Source of the DNA: Callorhinchus milii
Taxonomy: Eukaryota
Assembly: GCF_018977255.1 (NCBI RefSeq)
Contig: NW_024704756.1
Span: 14,076,001 to 14,140,000, forward strand
Reading direction: 5' to 3'
DNA length: 64,000 bases
The stretch's first letter is position 1. Each line of letters opens with the position of its first letter. This document shows positions 36,201 to 48,708 of the stretch, in pieces. The translations under genes and the position numbers were made by a program. The notes beneath the pieces were generated by a model. That model was not told where the DNA came from, did not search any database, and was given only the letters and a program-made list of their open reading frames with translations.

Positions 36201-39200
36201 TAAAGGCACTCACGCAAGTAAAATATTTCTTTGAAGAGCACAGTGGGCTCCAAGCCACGGCCATTATGTCTTGCTTTCAAATCACTGGATGTTGCCGAGG
36301 TAAGAAAATTCACATCAAAATCACAACGCAAAGATTATTATCCATCTTCAAGGGGAATCTTCCTAAATTGCGCCTACTGTGGATGTGAAGTCTTCAAAAA
36401 GGCAAGTCTGAAATGCAATTATGGCTTTCTACAAGGGAGGTTGAATGGAGGATTCACAAGCAAAGGAGGTGAAAATGAGTCACAGTCATCTTCATAACTG
36501 GGAACAAAAAAAAATCTATTCCAAGGGAGCCGTCGTGCGTTCCGTTTATCAGCCCTGCTGTGCTTTTCCTTGTTTTTTTTTGTTTTGATGGTGGTGGAGG
36601 TGGAATTAAAAAAGAAAAATGATGTTTCTATATTTTAAGAATTTCCTTAAAATCAAGAGAACGTCAAGATAACTAAGGTAGTGTCACCGAATCGCTATAA
36701 CGTGACAGTCCACAACATGAACGCGGTAACAGTTGTGGTCCATCCTAGGTAAGTCTCTGTGCGATCGGTCGCGTGTTTTCAGTTTTTTTTTCTCGGTTGA
36801 ATATTTCTTGATTTAGGGGCGGAAATTCCGAGGGCAGAGATTTCTAAAATGTGTCCTTCAACCCATAATCCGTACCAATGAAAGTGATGTCATGGAACCC
36901 AGGTGGCTTCAATAAGGGAACGAGGAGTGATCCAACCACAGGAGAAAGAGGGTGTCACAAGATCAGGGAGGTCGGAGACGTCTATCCATTTCACAAGATT
37001 GTAAGAGAGGGACTTTGGCTTGGGTTCAGCTTTCCAGAACAAGTCTACAATTGTCCCACCACAACATTAAACTGCCTCTTGAATTGCTCACTGATGTAAG
37101 AGTCCCAGTAATTCAACGGACGGGTAAAATGAGAAATGCTATTTTTTTTGCTGTGATTTAGATGTTTCTCTTAAGTTAAAGCACTCCTTGTTACATCAGG
37201 AACTTTCTTTAATGTAGCAAACTTTTATTGCTGCAGATATGTGTTCCCATGTGTCCTGGTCATTTCCCCCCAACACACCCACTGTACATTGCCGTGAGAT
37301 GTCACATTTTTTTTCCCCCCTAAGAAGCGAAAATGTTGAAGGCAAGCAAGTTGAAATACCAATGCTATCTTGAAGTAATTATTTCCGCTATAGTTGCTTT
37401 TTAAAAAAATTTTGGTGGTGTGGATGAAGTGATTTGCCATGACGTGTGTTCAATTCTTCTTCCTGGTCATTTTTACCCGAACAAGACAGAAATATACAAG
37501 TTGTGTAAATATACCAGCATTGGGTGAGTTGTGTAACCCATGTATGTGGAAGAAATTACAGACGGCCTTAATTCATGATCCATGCATTTGAAATAGGTAC
37601 CTTACCACATTGACAATATTTCTCAACGCTTCAGGGAATCGTACTGTGAAGTGTAAGGAACTGTGCGTGTATAGATGAATGTGGCAGCTTGTGATATGCG
37701 TTTAAAGTCAAGGTGGGACTTGAACCTACAACAGTCTGTCTTGGAAGCGAGAGCGCTACTGATTTGAGCAGCCTGATAGCGATCAGGTTGCACCATTAAT
37801 GAAGGAGCTATAAATAGTAGATGTGTCAGGTCATGGAATAACAGAGAGAACATAACATCGTGAAAAATTGCTACATGCTATTCCATTCTGTCTCCGTCCT
37901 TTGGGTACCTTTCAAAGTGAGTTGATTCAAAATCGCCCTGAGTTGACCGCAAAAGAAGTTTGCCAAAAAAAATGCATTATGATAAATGGGAATAAATCCT
38001 TCAGCGAAAACATCTAACGTGTACATCATCTCAATCTGGTCATTTGCTACATGACTGAAGAGGAACAAAGACCTGCCATTTGATGCTGTAGCTTTAGACA
38101 ATCTATCCTCTTAAAAGTGAACTGTTAAAGTGAATGACCGACTGATTATATTGGAGGGATTGTTGGCCAGGACAAAGGGAGAAAGTCCCTTCTCTTTTGA
38201 AACAGGGAATAGCCATGAGAACTTCAATGTCCCTGTGTACAGGCACACATTGCAAGTTTAATGGACGCTAGCCTGCATGAATAATAATAAGAATAAGAAT
38301 AAGAATAATGAAGGGCGCTATATAAATGCAAGTTGTTGTCGTTGTGTCCCGTCTGAAGCGCGGGATTGCTCCGTATGAGTTTTAAGTATTTACGCATTTC
38401 TCACACAACTGCAGTCCCATGGTCAAAAAATAGCAGCATTCCTTATCTAATTAGAACAAGGTAAACATTAAGAAACACAGCAAATCTAGCCTCTAATTGG
38501 TATCTGGAATCGATGCTAGTTAACTGCGAGGTGATTTAATCTCCAACACTTTCAACCATTACCACACCGCAACCCTAATGTGCAGGAAATATTTCAAGCA
38601 AATTGAAGCTAAAATGGGACACTTGCTCAGACCTGTATGGTTGCAGTTCCAAAGATATAACATTCTGCAATCCAGCAGCTGTCAAACATCTCACTTGGTA
38701 GTATTCCCAGTACGAATTGCAGCAAGTTACATTTTTTTTAAAGAAAAAATCTGGCTAGAACGATTGGATTGTGTGAAGGTATTCCCACTTCCTTGCATTT
38801 ACAGAAGTAGCATGTATTAGGAGAAGAATTGTTGCGCGAAATGACCTTTAGAATAGAGTTTGAAAGCTTGCTCCACTTTCTCCAGTATATTTTCACTTTC
38901 CCCCTCTCTCTCTCTCCACCAACCCCCCCCCCCCCCCCCCCCACTCCTCCCTCCCTCTTTCTCTCTCTCTATCTCTCAGGTGTGACCAGCACGCATGGTA
39001 AAAAGGCACTAACATGTCTCTCAACATGGAGTTCAATAAAGATCAAGAACTCAGCATGTGTTGAAGGGTCAAAACTATGCCCCACCTTTCAATATAGACA
39101 AGAGATCCAGTGAACCTGAGTATTGACTGAACTCTCCTCTCTGGGTTAGAGAAATGTATTGGAAAGGTAGAAGTTTGAGATCAAATTCAAAGATAGTGTG

Positions 39201-40135
39201 CAACAGAGGGAAAACCTCAGGGGGTGAAAATCAAAAGTGGGAAGAAAGTTAGCTGAGCTCAAGTCAAATGGCCAAAGATTTATTTTGATGACAAGTTGAG
39301 TCTAGGTTAACAACCCACTAGTTTTACGCTTATGTGTCAATAAAAAAAAATCTTTTTTTAAAAAAAAGAAAGCATGATGGTGTTAGAAAATAAAATCCAA
39401 TGGGGCAAAAGCAAAAACCTTCAGTGCTTGTTAATGCTGTGTAAGTCCTGCTGAGATCTCAATCTACCAGCCAGCCACGCAATGTGCTTTGCCAGTTTCG
39501 CACCAGCTGAACTGTGTCTTAAGTGGAGAATTCCTACTCAGGCGGGGAGTGAAAGTTGCTGCTCAAAGCTGTTTCCAAACCAAGCCCTGGCTTCCCTCCA
39601 GCTCAACCTCCTCCTCCCCGCCAGCTCAAAGCAAGCTGCTCAGAGGGATCAACCCACCAGGGAAAAAATACACAGAGTAAAAGCCTTTAAATAACTCTCG
39701 ATGCAGTCTGGTGAAATCATACATTTGGCGCAATCTGTTTGAAGACTTAGTTCTTCATTTCTTTGTAGGCAGCACGGCTTATTTGTGTTATGCTGACGAG
39801 GCTTAAAAAGAAATAGAAACAGAAGATGTCGTGACACTTCCCCTTTTTGGGGATCCCGCAAACACAAGTTTGTTCTGTTTCATCTGAGCTGTGCCCATTT
39901 CTCAGCATTTAATTTGATCACACTTATGATGTACTGTGACACCGCTGGCGTTCTCTGCCTTGAAAGAAAGTTCTTCGATTGGGAAAGAATTCTGTCCGGA
40001 ACTTCAGGTTTTAACACAGAAGTTGCAATTATTTGATGGCCAGACTCCTTAGCAACACAGGGGATTTACCTACATCCTAGCAGGAGATCTCAGTTACTCC
40101 GGAGAGCATGACCATAACTTTCATTGAAGTGAAAT

Positions 40136-40141
40136 TTTATT
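40136..40141 (-). terminator. PolyA signal (AATAAA on -) of the C8orf48-like gene
   Basis: TTTATT on + about 65 nt past the stop codon. Confidence 0.65.
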
Positions 40142-40206
40142 GCTGTTTTTCGGAAAACACTGTGCAAAGTTGCATTCTGTCGCGAGATGCGCTGCCATTA
40201 ACAGCA

Positions 40207-40311
40207 TCACCTTATTTGTCGCCTTTGAATCAATCTCTTCCAGACCACATCAGTGTCATCAGAAGGCTTCGGGAGATCTTTGAGTATTTCTCCAATTAAC
40301 GTCAGTGAATC
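40207..40311 (-). CDS. C8orf48: C8orf48-like terminal coding exon (DSLTLIGEILKDLPKPSDDTDVVWKRLIQRRQIR*)
   Basis: Acceptor CTGTTTTCGCAG|, stop TGA at 40209-40207. Matches recalled human DFLTRIGEAHQDFPRLSDDPRIIWKRL. Total CDS 283+144+233+153+105 = 918 nt (305 aa). Confidence 0.92.
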   Translation of the reverse strand, partial: DSLTLIGEILKDLPKPSDDTDVVWKRLIQRRQIR

Positions 40312-40765
40312 CTGCGAAAACAGTACAAGAAAAAGAGCAGGACTTTACATAGGAGCTTTTGAAGACACCGTATTCCTTTCATGTCTAGAAAAGCAGGTGT
40401 TCTAATCAATTAGCCTTTATCCGTTTGAATTAAAAAGCAGCTTATGGACTTCAATGAAAGCTTTCATTGAAAACGTTTGTTTTGAAGTAACCGAGATCAG
40501 GGTTTTTAAGCCAGGAGATTTGCGTCCCATAAAATTGGTCACTTGGTACCAGGCCTGGTGTGGAGCGTTTTGCAGCAGGAAAGAACAAAAGGAGAGAATT
40601 AACATCAAACATAGAGACTGCACGGAACGAGGGAAAGAAAGGAACACAACAAAGAGAGAGAAAAGAGATGGATTGAATCACTGGTCGTTAGCAATTTATG
40701 CCTTAAAAAAAAATGTCAATCGATTGAAAACTTTGGGCGAAAATGAAGTTTAAGAAACTGCTTAC

Positions 40766-40918
40766 TCTGAAGTAGAGGTGTTCCTCCAATTTCTCTTGTA
40801 GAAAAGCTCCCTCCAGTTGCAATTTTTTGACTCGGAGGAAGTTCACTTCTGCCAGCTCAGCTTTCTTAGCAAGGCACCCGGGACACTTGGACGGTTGATG
40901 CATATCGGTTTCCATTGC
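40766..40918 (-). CDS. C8orf48: C8orf48-like coding exon 4 (AMETDMHQPSKCPGCLAKKAELAEVNFLRVKKLQLEGAFLQEKLEEHLYFR), 153 nt, phase 0-0
   Basis: Acceptor TTTCTCGCCTCTACCCAG|, donor AGA|GTAAGC. Matches the recalled DUF4606 core HISYQCPYCNRKRAELALSAFLKQKKTLLESFLLQEKIDEHL. Confidence 0.92.
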
Positions 40919-42603
40919 CTGGGTAGAGGCGAGAAAAATCGTTGATGAAGAAATAACCTAGAAAATTGCTTAGTTTCTAAACTTCATGACTCTACTGATG
41001 GTACTTTCACTCCTCACCCACCCACCACCCCTTGAATTATATAGAAATACTGAACAGGCTGTTCAATCCAACTAGTCCACGTTGGTGTTTATACTCAACC
41101 TAAACCTCCGCTAATCCTCTCTCCTAAGATCCCTCTTTTCCATTCTCCCTCGTGTTAGAGTCACATCTCCTCTCGAATATGTTGATGCTTTCTTTTTGCT
41201 TCGAACACATATTCTGTTAATAGTCTCCTGACATAATATCTAGACCGGTTACTCTCTGGGCTGCAGAAATACTTCCTGGTGTCTGGGCTTAAAAAACCCT
41301 CCACTCTCCTAAATCTAAACTCTTCCTAGTCCTGCCGTCTCCAGAATAACAGAGGTATTGTAATGTTTGATCATGATGCATCATTGCGCACAGGAGCCCA
41401 TGGGGGTGGGGGTGGGGGTGGGGGCTTGCAAAACTATCAGAATCAATATGCAATTACATTAAAACAAATGTGTATGCTAAATTCACTTGCTCTAAACTGC
41501 AATTCCTGTGATCGGATCCGAGGGGCAATCTGGAGGTCATTTTATTAAATTTATTCACTTTATCTTTCTCTGCCAAAATGGAAAATAATTTTAAGCCCCA
41601 GCTTTGGTTCATAAGATATTGTTTCAGTGTTTGATTGAAAAGCGATGGGCAGATAATTCCCTACTCCCGCCCCCACCCACCCCTCCCAAAATACTGCTTA
41701 CACGTCTGCGTTTTGAGATTTCTTTACTGATATTATTTAGCAACGTTCCACAAACGCAAAAAAACCCAACGCAATATTGCTCATATTCCGAGGCTTGGAT
41801 GGTTGGCACTGATCCATCTCGAAATAATCAAAAATGCATTAAACAAAGGCTTCTGAATTTAATCTCTTTTTACTGATTCAGTCTTCTTGAAATGCTGAAC
41901 TCTGTCGAAGGCAGCAGTATCTAAAAATAGTGGCCCATTTTGGCAGCACATCCCTGCTTCAGCAAGGCATTCATTGTTTAACATTCATTGGGGAACACTT
42001 GGCGACAGCACAGAGCGTAGGTCTGATTTTTGGTAATTTTTAATCGTATCCCACAGAGAATTATCCACATAAAAGGAAGATTGCAATCTTCAATCCTCCC
42101 TTTATCCAGCTGCGCAGTTCATTTCTAATCCTGACTGTGCGTTTAGTGTTGCTCATCAACAGAGGCGACTGTGGGATAGCTGAACAGTCATCCCACTTCC
42201 CTCTGGCACCTGCTCATCTTGTCGATGCTTCTATCACTCCTGGTACCACCTGATGGTCTGATTTTGTGCGAAGCGCATTGCGCGAGTCGTGCAGCGAAAG
42301 CAGTTTTGGAAAGTCTCCAAACTTTCATCACTTAGCCACAAGGACTTAACTGTGAAAGGCTTCACTGTGAAAGCAAATTTTGACTTTGGTGCTGCTTAAG
42401 CGCTGGGCCCTTTTAAATCCTATAGCTTGCCGACACTTTCATGCTTGCTGCAACGACCCTCCAACCTCCCGTGCATCCAACCGCGGGATGATAGAAAGTT
42501 ACGGCAGGGGATGGAGTCCGGTCGAACCATACCTGCCTGTGGTGGCTAACATTGCCCTGCCCTTCACCCCACTTTGCACCAAATGAAAGAGCCAGTACGG
42601 TAC

Positions 42604-42836
42604 CTGTCTGACTGTGTCTAAGATGCATTTTCGATGAACCCGGTTCACCAGCTGCCGGGGTACGATGCACACTTGCTGCGGGCTCGAGGCTATTGCCAGT
42701 GGTGAGCTTGGATGCTGCTGTGCCTGTTTAGTGGGCCCTGATAGCTTCGTTCTAGATGGCCGCTGAAGCTGATTGATTTTCGCGCTGCAGTAAGATCCCA
42801 GAGCTGCTGATTGTGCCGGGGGAGGCTGCGAAGTCT
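42604..42836 (-). CDS. C8orf48: C8orf48-like coding exon 3 (ETSQPPPAQSAALGSYCSAKINQL...CIVPRQLVNRVHRKCILDTVRQ), 233 nt, phase 1-0
   Basis: Acceptor TTTCTCATCAG|, donor CAG|GTACCG. ALGSYCSAKIN and CIVPRQLVNR match recalled human ALQSYCTMKIN and CTVPDELLNR. Confidence 0.88.
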
Positions 42837-43779
42837 CTGATGAGAAATGAACTTGGGGTTAACTTGCGAGAAAAGGGAAGGGAAATGGAAAATGGAAAGC
42901 CGTCGGCCTCAAAACGAACCACAAGGAAACGTTTAGAGGAAACGAAACGCATATACCGTTTCGGAAGAGAATTGATTGAGCTACTTGTCGCTGTGCCAAG
43001 GCCAGTTAATGAGCAACATGGCTGATCACGGTGTGGAATGGATGAGCTGGGAGGAACGATTAGTTCAGCTAGACGTCTTTAACCCAGAAAAGAGCCATCT
43101 CAGAGAGGAGCTATGGAGAGATACCAGACGCCCGATGAGAAAGAGGAAACGGTAACTTCAGATACCCTCAAGGCAGCAGCACAAGAGGGCGTAATACTCT
43201 CCAGACAGCCGCTGGGAAGTATTTCTTTACACAGAGACTCATCATCAATTGGAATGGAATGGGTTATTAATTATCAAAGGTGTTGAAACAAGGACAATGA
43301 AGAGCGTATCACGGGAAGACACTGAGGTTGATATTCTGTAAGAATAATAATAATAATACTAATAATAATCCTCGCATTTAATACAGCGCCTTATCACGTC
43401 TTCGAGACGCCTCAAAGCGCTTCACAGAATATACTGTAAAGTGTAGTGGCTGTATGGGATGAGATGAAATGGGCCGAGGGGACTTCTTCATCCATCGGAC
43501 TGAGGCGCAAATCTGCGGCTTTGTACAGCAGTAGATAGCGGTTTCAGCCCCTCGTTCTGCTGTCTTACCAAACTGGGCTGTGTTGCCGTGGAGCGGGACT
43601 GAGCAGATAATCTGCACCTCAGTGACTGGTCCACAGCAACATTAGGACTTAATGACTAAACCTTCTTCCCTCTTGTGCACCAGGGAGAAAAAACGATTGA
43701 CCAAGAGAATATTTTTCCCCATTACCTCAACAACAAAAAAAGCCTTTACCTTCCTAAAAGGCAGTAACGCAAACAGCAG

Positions 43780-44220
43780 GGAATGATTACAGCGCAGAAG
43801 GAAGCCAGTCAGTTCATTACATCTCTACAGGTGCTAGATCTTCTCTCCTCACCACCCACCTCCCCACTGTACCGATCCGCTATAACCACATTCCCCTGCT
43901 CTCTCCCCAGGACGTTCAACGACCTGCTGTTAATTATCTCTCTACCTCTTAAGTTCCATTTCCTATCAGATCTGTTGAAAATTACATTTTCAAGTTCATG
44001 CTAGAATTTATCGCTGCTCATTCCTTCTCACGATACCTGCAGTCCTCGCAACAATAATCCCCCACTGTTAGAAATCTTATCTGCTGCCCGTATAAAAATG
44101 TTACCTTCAGTGCTCCAGATCGCACTTGCCACCCACTCCACCCCACTAACACGGGTCATTTCATCTCTTGGGTTACCAGTACTCCCTGATCATCTCTGTT
44201 CTAAAACCAGCCCCTGACCA
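43780..44220 (-). mobile_element. Old CR1 3' fragment in a C8orf48-like intron
   Basis: Begins ATGATTACAGCGCAGAAGGAAGCCA, similar to the reverse of the CR1 3' end at 15128. Confidence 0.55.
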
Positions 44221-45110
44221 GACTGTGTTTCGCCCACAAAATATACAGTCACTCCACTTTACAGTATATTCTGAGAAGCGCTTTGAGACTTCTCGAAGTC
44301 GTGACGAGGCGCTGCATCAAATGCGAGGATTATTATTATTGTTATCAGGTGGGTTTCAGGCCCCGGGTTCCTGCGTTTTGACTCTTTACTCTCGTAAGAG
44401 TTGAGAAAAGTCCCCGCACCCAGTAACTCCAAGCTCCGTCATTTCCCATTCTTCAGCTCAAGCATGTCCCGAAGCCATTCCCAGCTCGTGCAAGTGACAT
44501 TGTGGGAATGGCTTCCTATCGCTGCAGTTACAAGACCTGCCTCCGTGGATGAGGCTAGTGGTCTGAAGAAGCTGCCGGTCTTGGCCTTATCAGATCGCTG
44601 GTCAGTTTCAAGGTCGGTTCAGTACTTTGCAGGCGTTCAAGTGGTGGCTAAAAGCTCAACATTCGGGTACACGCGTTCCCAAAGCCCAGAGAATCAAACG
44701 CTCTGCGAAACAAATTCAAAACCCCTGCTGTCATCACTGAGAGTCTGATCTTGTACAGTCAGCCACATCTCATTATGCTTCACTCTGCGTGAGAACTCAA
44801 TTAGACGAAGTGCAATCTTATTTTTTTATCAATTATGTATAGCTTTTTATATAAAAAAGGAAGCTCGGGAGCGAGCTGTGCAAAATTGCTTTCGAAAAAC
44901 TACCTTGTCAGTTTTCTTCTGCCCCAGAGACCCCGAGCATCAATTCCGATGCAAATTCGATATAGCCCCTGAAACACCTCAAAGCGCTTCACGCATAATT
45001 GCCGCCGAGTGAAGTGACTGTGTGTTTGCAGGCGAAGCACAGCGCAACCTTTAAATTAGCGACCCACATTAAAATGTTATTGGTGAACGATTGTTCCTGT
45101 ACTGCCTTAC

Positions 45111-45254
45111 CTCTCCGAGGTGCTCTGCGCTGTTGAGTTCCATTGCAACGGGCGCAGTCTGAGAATTGGCTCTGCAAAATGCCAAGCCGCTTTTCTACAA
45201 ATATTTCTTCTGCCGCTAAGTTTTCCGAGTCGTCACAGGATTCAAATTCCTCAC
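45111..45254 (-). CDS. C8orf48: C8orf48-like coding exon 2 (GEEFESCDDSENLAAEEIFVEKRLGILQSQFSDCARCNGTQQRRAPRR), 144 nt, phase 1-1
   Basis: Acceptor CCTTATAAATAG|, donor GAG|GTAAGG. Open in the required phase and positionally equivalent to the human EKKLSKKWINYLK segment. Confidence 0.72.
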
Positions 45255-48200
45255 CTATTTATAAGGACGTTAAAATAAAGACGGTCACTTAAAAACATTC
45301 ACCGTGCACATGCACAAATATCATCCTCCCACAAGTACACAGTCGCTGCACTTTGCAGTAAATCCTGTGGAGCGCTTTGTGACCAACTGGCAAGTAAATG
45401 TTGCTTGGCATTTCTCTGACACCGAGAAGGTTTTACTGGAGTTCAAAAGGAAATTATTTCTAGTGAGTTATTGTTGGGATTATGAAATGCTGAAGTTAAT
45501 CATTATTGACCTTGATTTCTGACAGCGTAGAATGTTTACAGTACTCGAGGAGACCGCTGGGCCTGTCATATCTGTGCTCACTTCCCCCCCAGTGGAGCAT
45601 CATGACTTTGATTGATTTCGTGTTCTAGGAGTCGGTCATTATGCCACGCAAGCTGTTGTGAAAGGTTGGCAGTGCAGCAGAGAAGGGCAACCATCAGACA
45701 AAAGATTTGGAAGTAATTCACAGACAGTGAGTCAGCTCATGGGGGAAACATGATTAGATCATAGCTTGGTTGCCAGACACCATTCCCATCTTTCTTTGAA
45801 ATCAACAGCAAAATAGTTCGACGCGTGAGAATTTATCCCATCAAGGGGGAGTGGAGCAGCAAGCAATTCAATCAGTCCCGCACGAGTGCGGGAGAAAAAA
45901 TTATCATTCCCCTCCGGTTTCATAATATACATAAGATTAATTTTCTTTGGTAAATTATTTCCGTTAACTTGCTCTTTGTCGCCCAAGGAATACGATAGCA
46001 AATGGGGTTTGGGAAGTTTTTTTTAATTCAACAGACTCATCCAAAAGTATCAAAGCGGTTCTCAAAGAAATCTGTTCTCTAAGTACAAGTCTTTCAAAAA
46101 AACAGACTCAATGCTCCTCCTTAGTCCACAGGAACTGAGGCCAATTGTAAAATCCAACTGATGCAGTTATAGCTGGTTACCCCCAACTCTGAAGTCCCCA
46201 AGCCTTGGCTTTTGCCAACCTAATACTCTCTGGAAATAGGTAAGCAAGGGTTCGTCCCTCCCACGAGACAGCGCTCATTTCTTTCCAGACACCGGGGAAT
46301 CGGTTAAGCTCCGAGGAAAACGTAGGTGGAACGCTCGGCCTGGTTTGAATACGGTGTGGTGATGGGTTTCTGCACGTGTCAGACACCCAGCTGACCGAAA
46401 AAAAAACAACAGCTCAACAACAACTTGGATTTATATAGCACCCTCCACGCTGGATGGCGTCTCAGAGCGCTTCAGAGCTCAGCAACCATGTGCTATATAT
46501 GGCTCATGAGCCATAGGAGAAGCCTCTCTCCGTGTGTCCCCACCCCACTCCTCTCACGCACGCACTCTCCAGCTGAATGGTAAGGAGTGAATGGCAGGAC
46601 TCCTTTGGAAAAAGAAATCAAATAATGCTTTTTGCTGCGTGCTGCACTTTATTGATCCAGTTTTGAGTGCTGGTGGCAACAGAGGAAAGTGGGTTTGAAC
46701 AAAGCCTGAGGGTGTGGGGAAGAGAATTACCTTTCTGGTCCCAGTGCAGGATCATTTCTAGATTAATGGCTGTCTTTACCAGCTATAAATCATTCCCTAA
46801 TCGGCTGTCTTGGCCATCACTGCTTAACCAAAACATATTCAAAAGCCGACCCAACAAAAATAAAAGGATGGATCATAATTTATCATAAATATTCCATTTT
46901 ATTTTTGCTCATCCGGTGTCTGTTTCTTCCCCACCCCCCAACCCACCTCAGATACTCATCCAGCTATGTCGTCGAGTACCTTGAGACGTCTCCCTAATCG
47001 CAGAAATTAATAGAGAGCAGGTTGGCAAGATCCAGCACTTGGGGACTTCACAGTGTGTTTTGGCGTAACTGCTGGAACTTAATCAGGTAAGACTTGCCAT
47101 TGTAAACTCAGTCTGGCAAGATTCAGGAGTGAAGTGGGAAGTTTCGCCCACAAATATACAATCAATTCACTTTACAACATATTTTGTGAAGCGCTTTGAG
47201 ACGTCTAGAAGATGTGAAAAGCGCTACATCAAATGCAAGGATTATTTTTATATTATGTAAGAATCTTTGCCCACAGTGATTGGTCTGTATCTGCAAATCC
47301 TTCCAACAAGGCTATGCTGACTGGTCTGTCATCAGCAGTGCCCTGGAGAACTACAGACCCTCCTGACTCAGGAACTGGACTATCAAGAGAGCTACAGAGG
47401 TTCAACTGGATTCCAATATTCCATTGCCAGGCCTGTCGTGTTGGAGGCAGCTCAGCTCCACGTACCTCTCTCTCTTTGCTCAACCGGTATCGGTTTCAGT
47501 TGGTCATTAATCATCCGACGACCGCAACTTGGTGACCAGCACATCGCAACTTGAAAGCTTTACCACGACCTGGACAATACACCCCCTACCCACTGAGCAA
47601 TGGTTCTACCAGTCGGGAGTCCAGAGATTAAGCAGCAGATGCTCACCTCTCTGTATACCAATCAAGGTAGAAACCAAATCCCAAATAATATCAACGCACG
47701 TTCATGATCCCAAACTCCCAAGTAATACCTTCCAGCAGCTGTCGTCCCAAGCCTCAGAGTTTCCTCATCAGCTATTCGACAGACATCTGCCTTCAGGATG
47801 GTGGGAGGACCTTTACAGGGCAGTTTGTGACGTGCCAGCTTTGATGTTCTAATGGTCTAAGTCCACTGCTTTGTCGTGGGTATCCTGAACACCATGTGAG
47901 CCATGGAATAGTCTGACAGAGCGGAGTCAACGAGCCGAATGTCCTTCTCTTGCTAACCTCCTACTTCCCCACATCTGACAGACTAGCTGTTACTGTTCTG
48001 CAATTACAGAGCAAAATGCTGATTCTCACCACTGGGTCGCAACACTGAGCCCTCCCTGGGTTTTCTGTACTGCACTCCTCTCCATCCAGTCTTTGGGTAA
48101 TCGCAAATGTTAAGAAAAATTTCAGGGAATTATAAAATTGCCCCCCAAAAATTACGAAACCTGAAAGAGTGGACAAAGTAAATATTAAATGAAATGACGT

Positions 48201-48425
48201 TCAGAGTCCATGGTGGGAAAATACAATGCGTGATCATTTCTGTGATCAGTGCTCTTGATGGCAAGCTATGTGGACTGGAGAAGGAGTGAGCTCAATGGGC
48301 CGAATGGTCTTTTCTTATCCCCCTGCTTTCTTACGCCCTTTTCCTACGGTTGGGCTGGAGTTCAATGAGCTGGATCACGAAATTAGCATTGAAGACATTA
48401 AACCGTTCCCCTCCCACCTCCTCAC

Positions 48426-48708
48426 CTTCGTAATCATTCAAGGATGATCGGGGATGATCATCTCGGGATTTGGTTGCAGAAGTTTCCGATTCAGTTTCTG
48501 GCTCAAATTCCTCCTCGGAATAATGATGAGCTTCAAATGATTCATCGCAATATCTGCGGCTGCCTTCACTGTCCTCTGAACAAGATTCGAATGACTCATC
48601 TGTGTAGTTCCCAATATTACTGCTGCTGTTGCTGTAGGTCGTATGAGAATCGGGGACAGAGCAGCTGCAGACAGCCTGGCTTTCACTACTTTCTGATTCA
48701 TTTGCCAT
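48426..48708 (-). CDS. C8orf48: C8orf48 (DUF4606)-like, coding exon 1 (MANESESSESQAV...LNDYE, phase-1 end); exon starts at 48725
   Basis: Acceptor TCTTCTTTCAG|ATG at 48725, in-frame ATG at 48708 (TCCATGG), donor GAAG|GTGAGG at 48426. Ser/acidic-rich N-terminus; phase is compatible with downstream exons. Confidence 0.75.

Noticed and set aside
47729..47810. Possible extra C8orf48-like exon (GPPTILKADVCRIADEE...)
   Set aside because: Weak acceptor, ends in an incompatible phase, and is not needed for the homologous protein.
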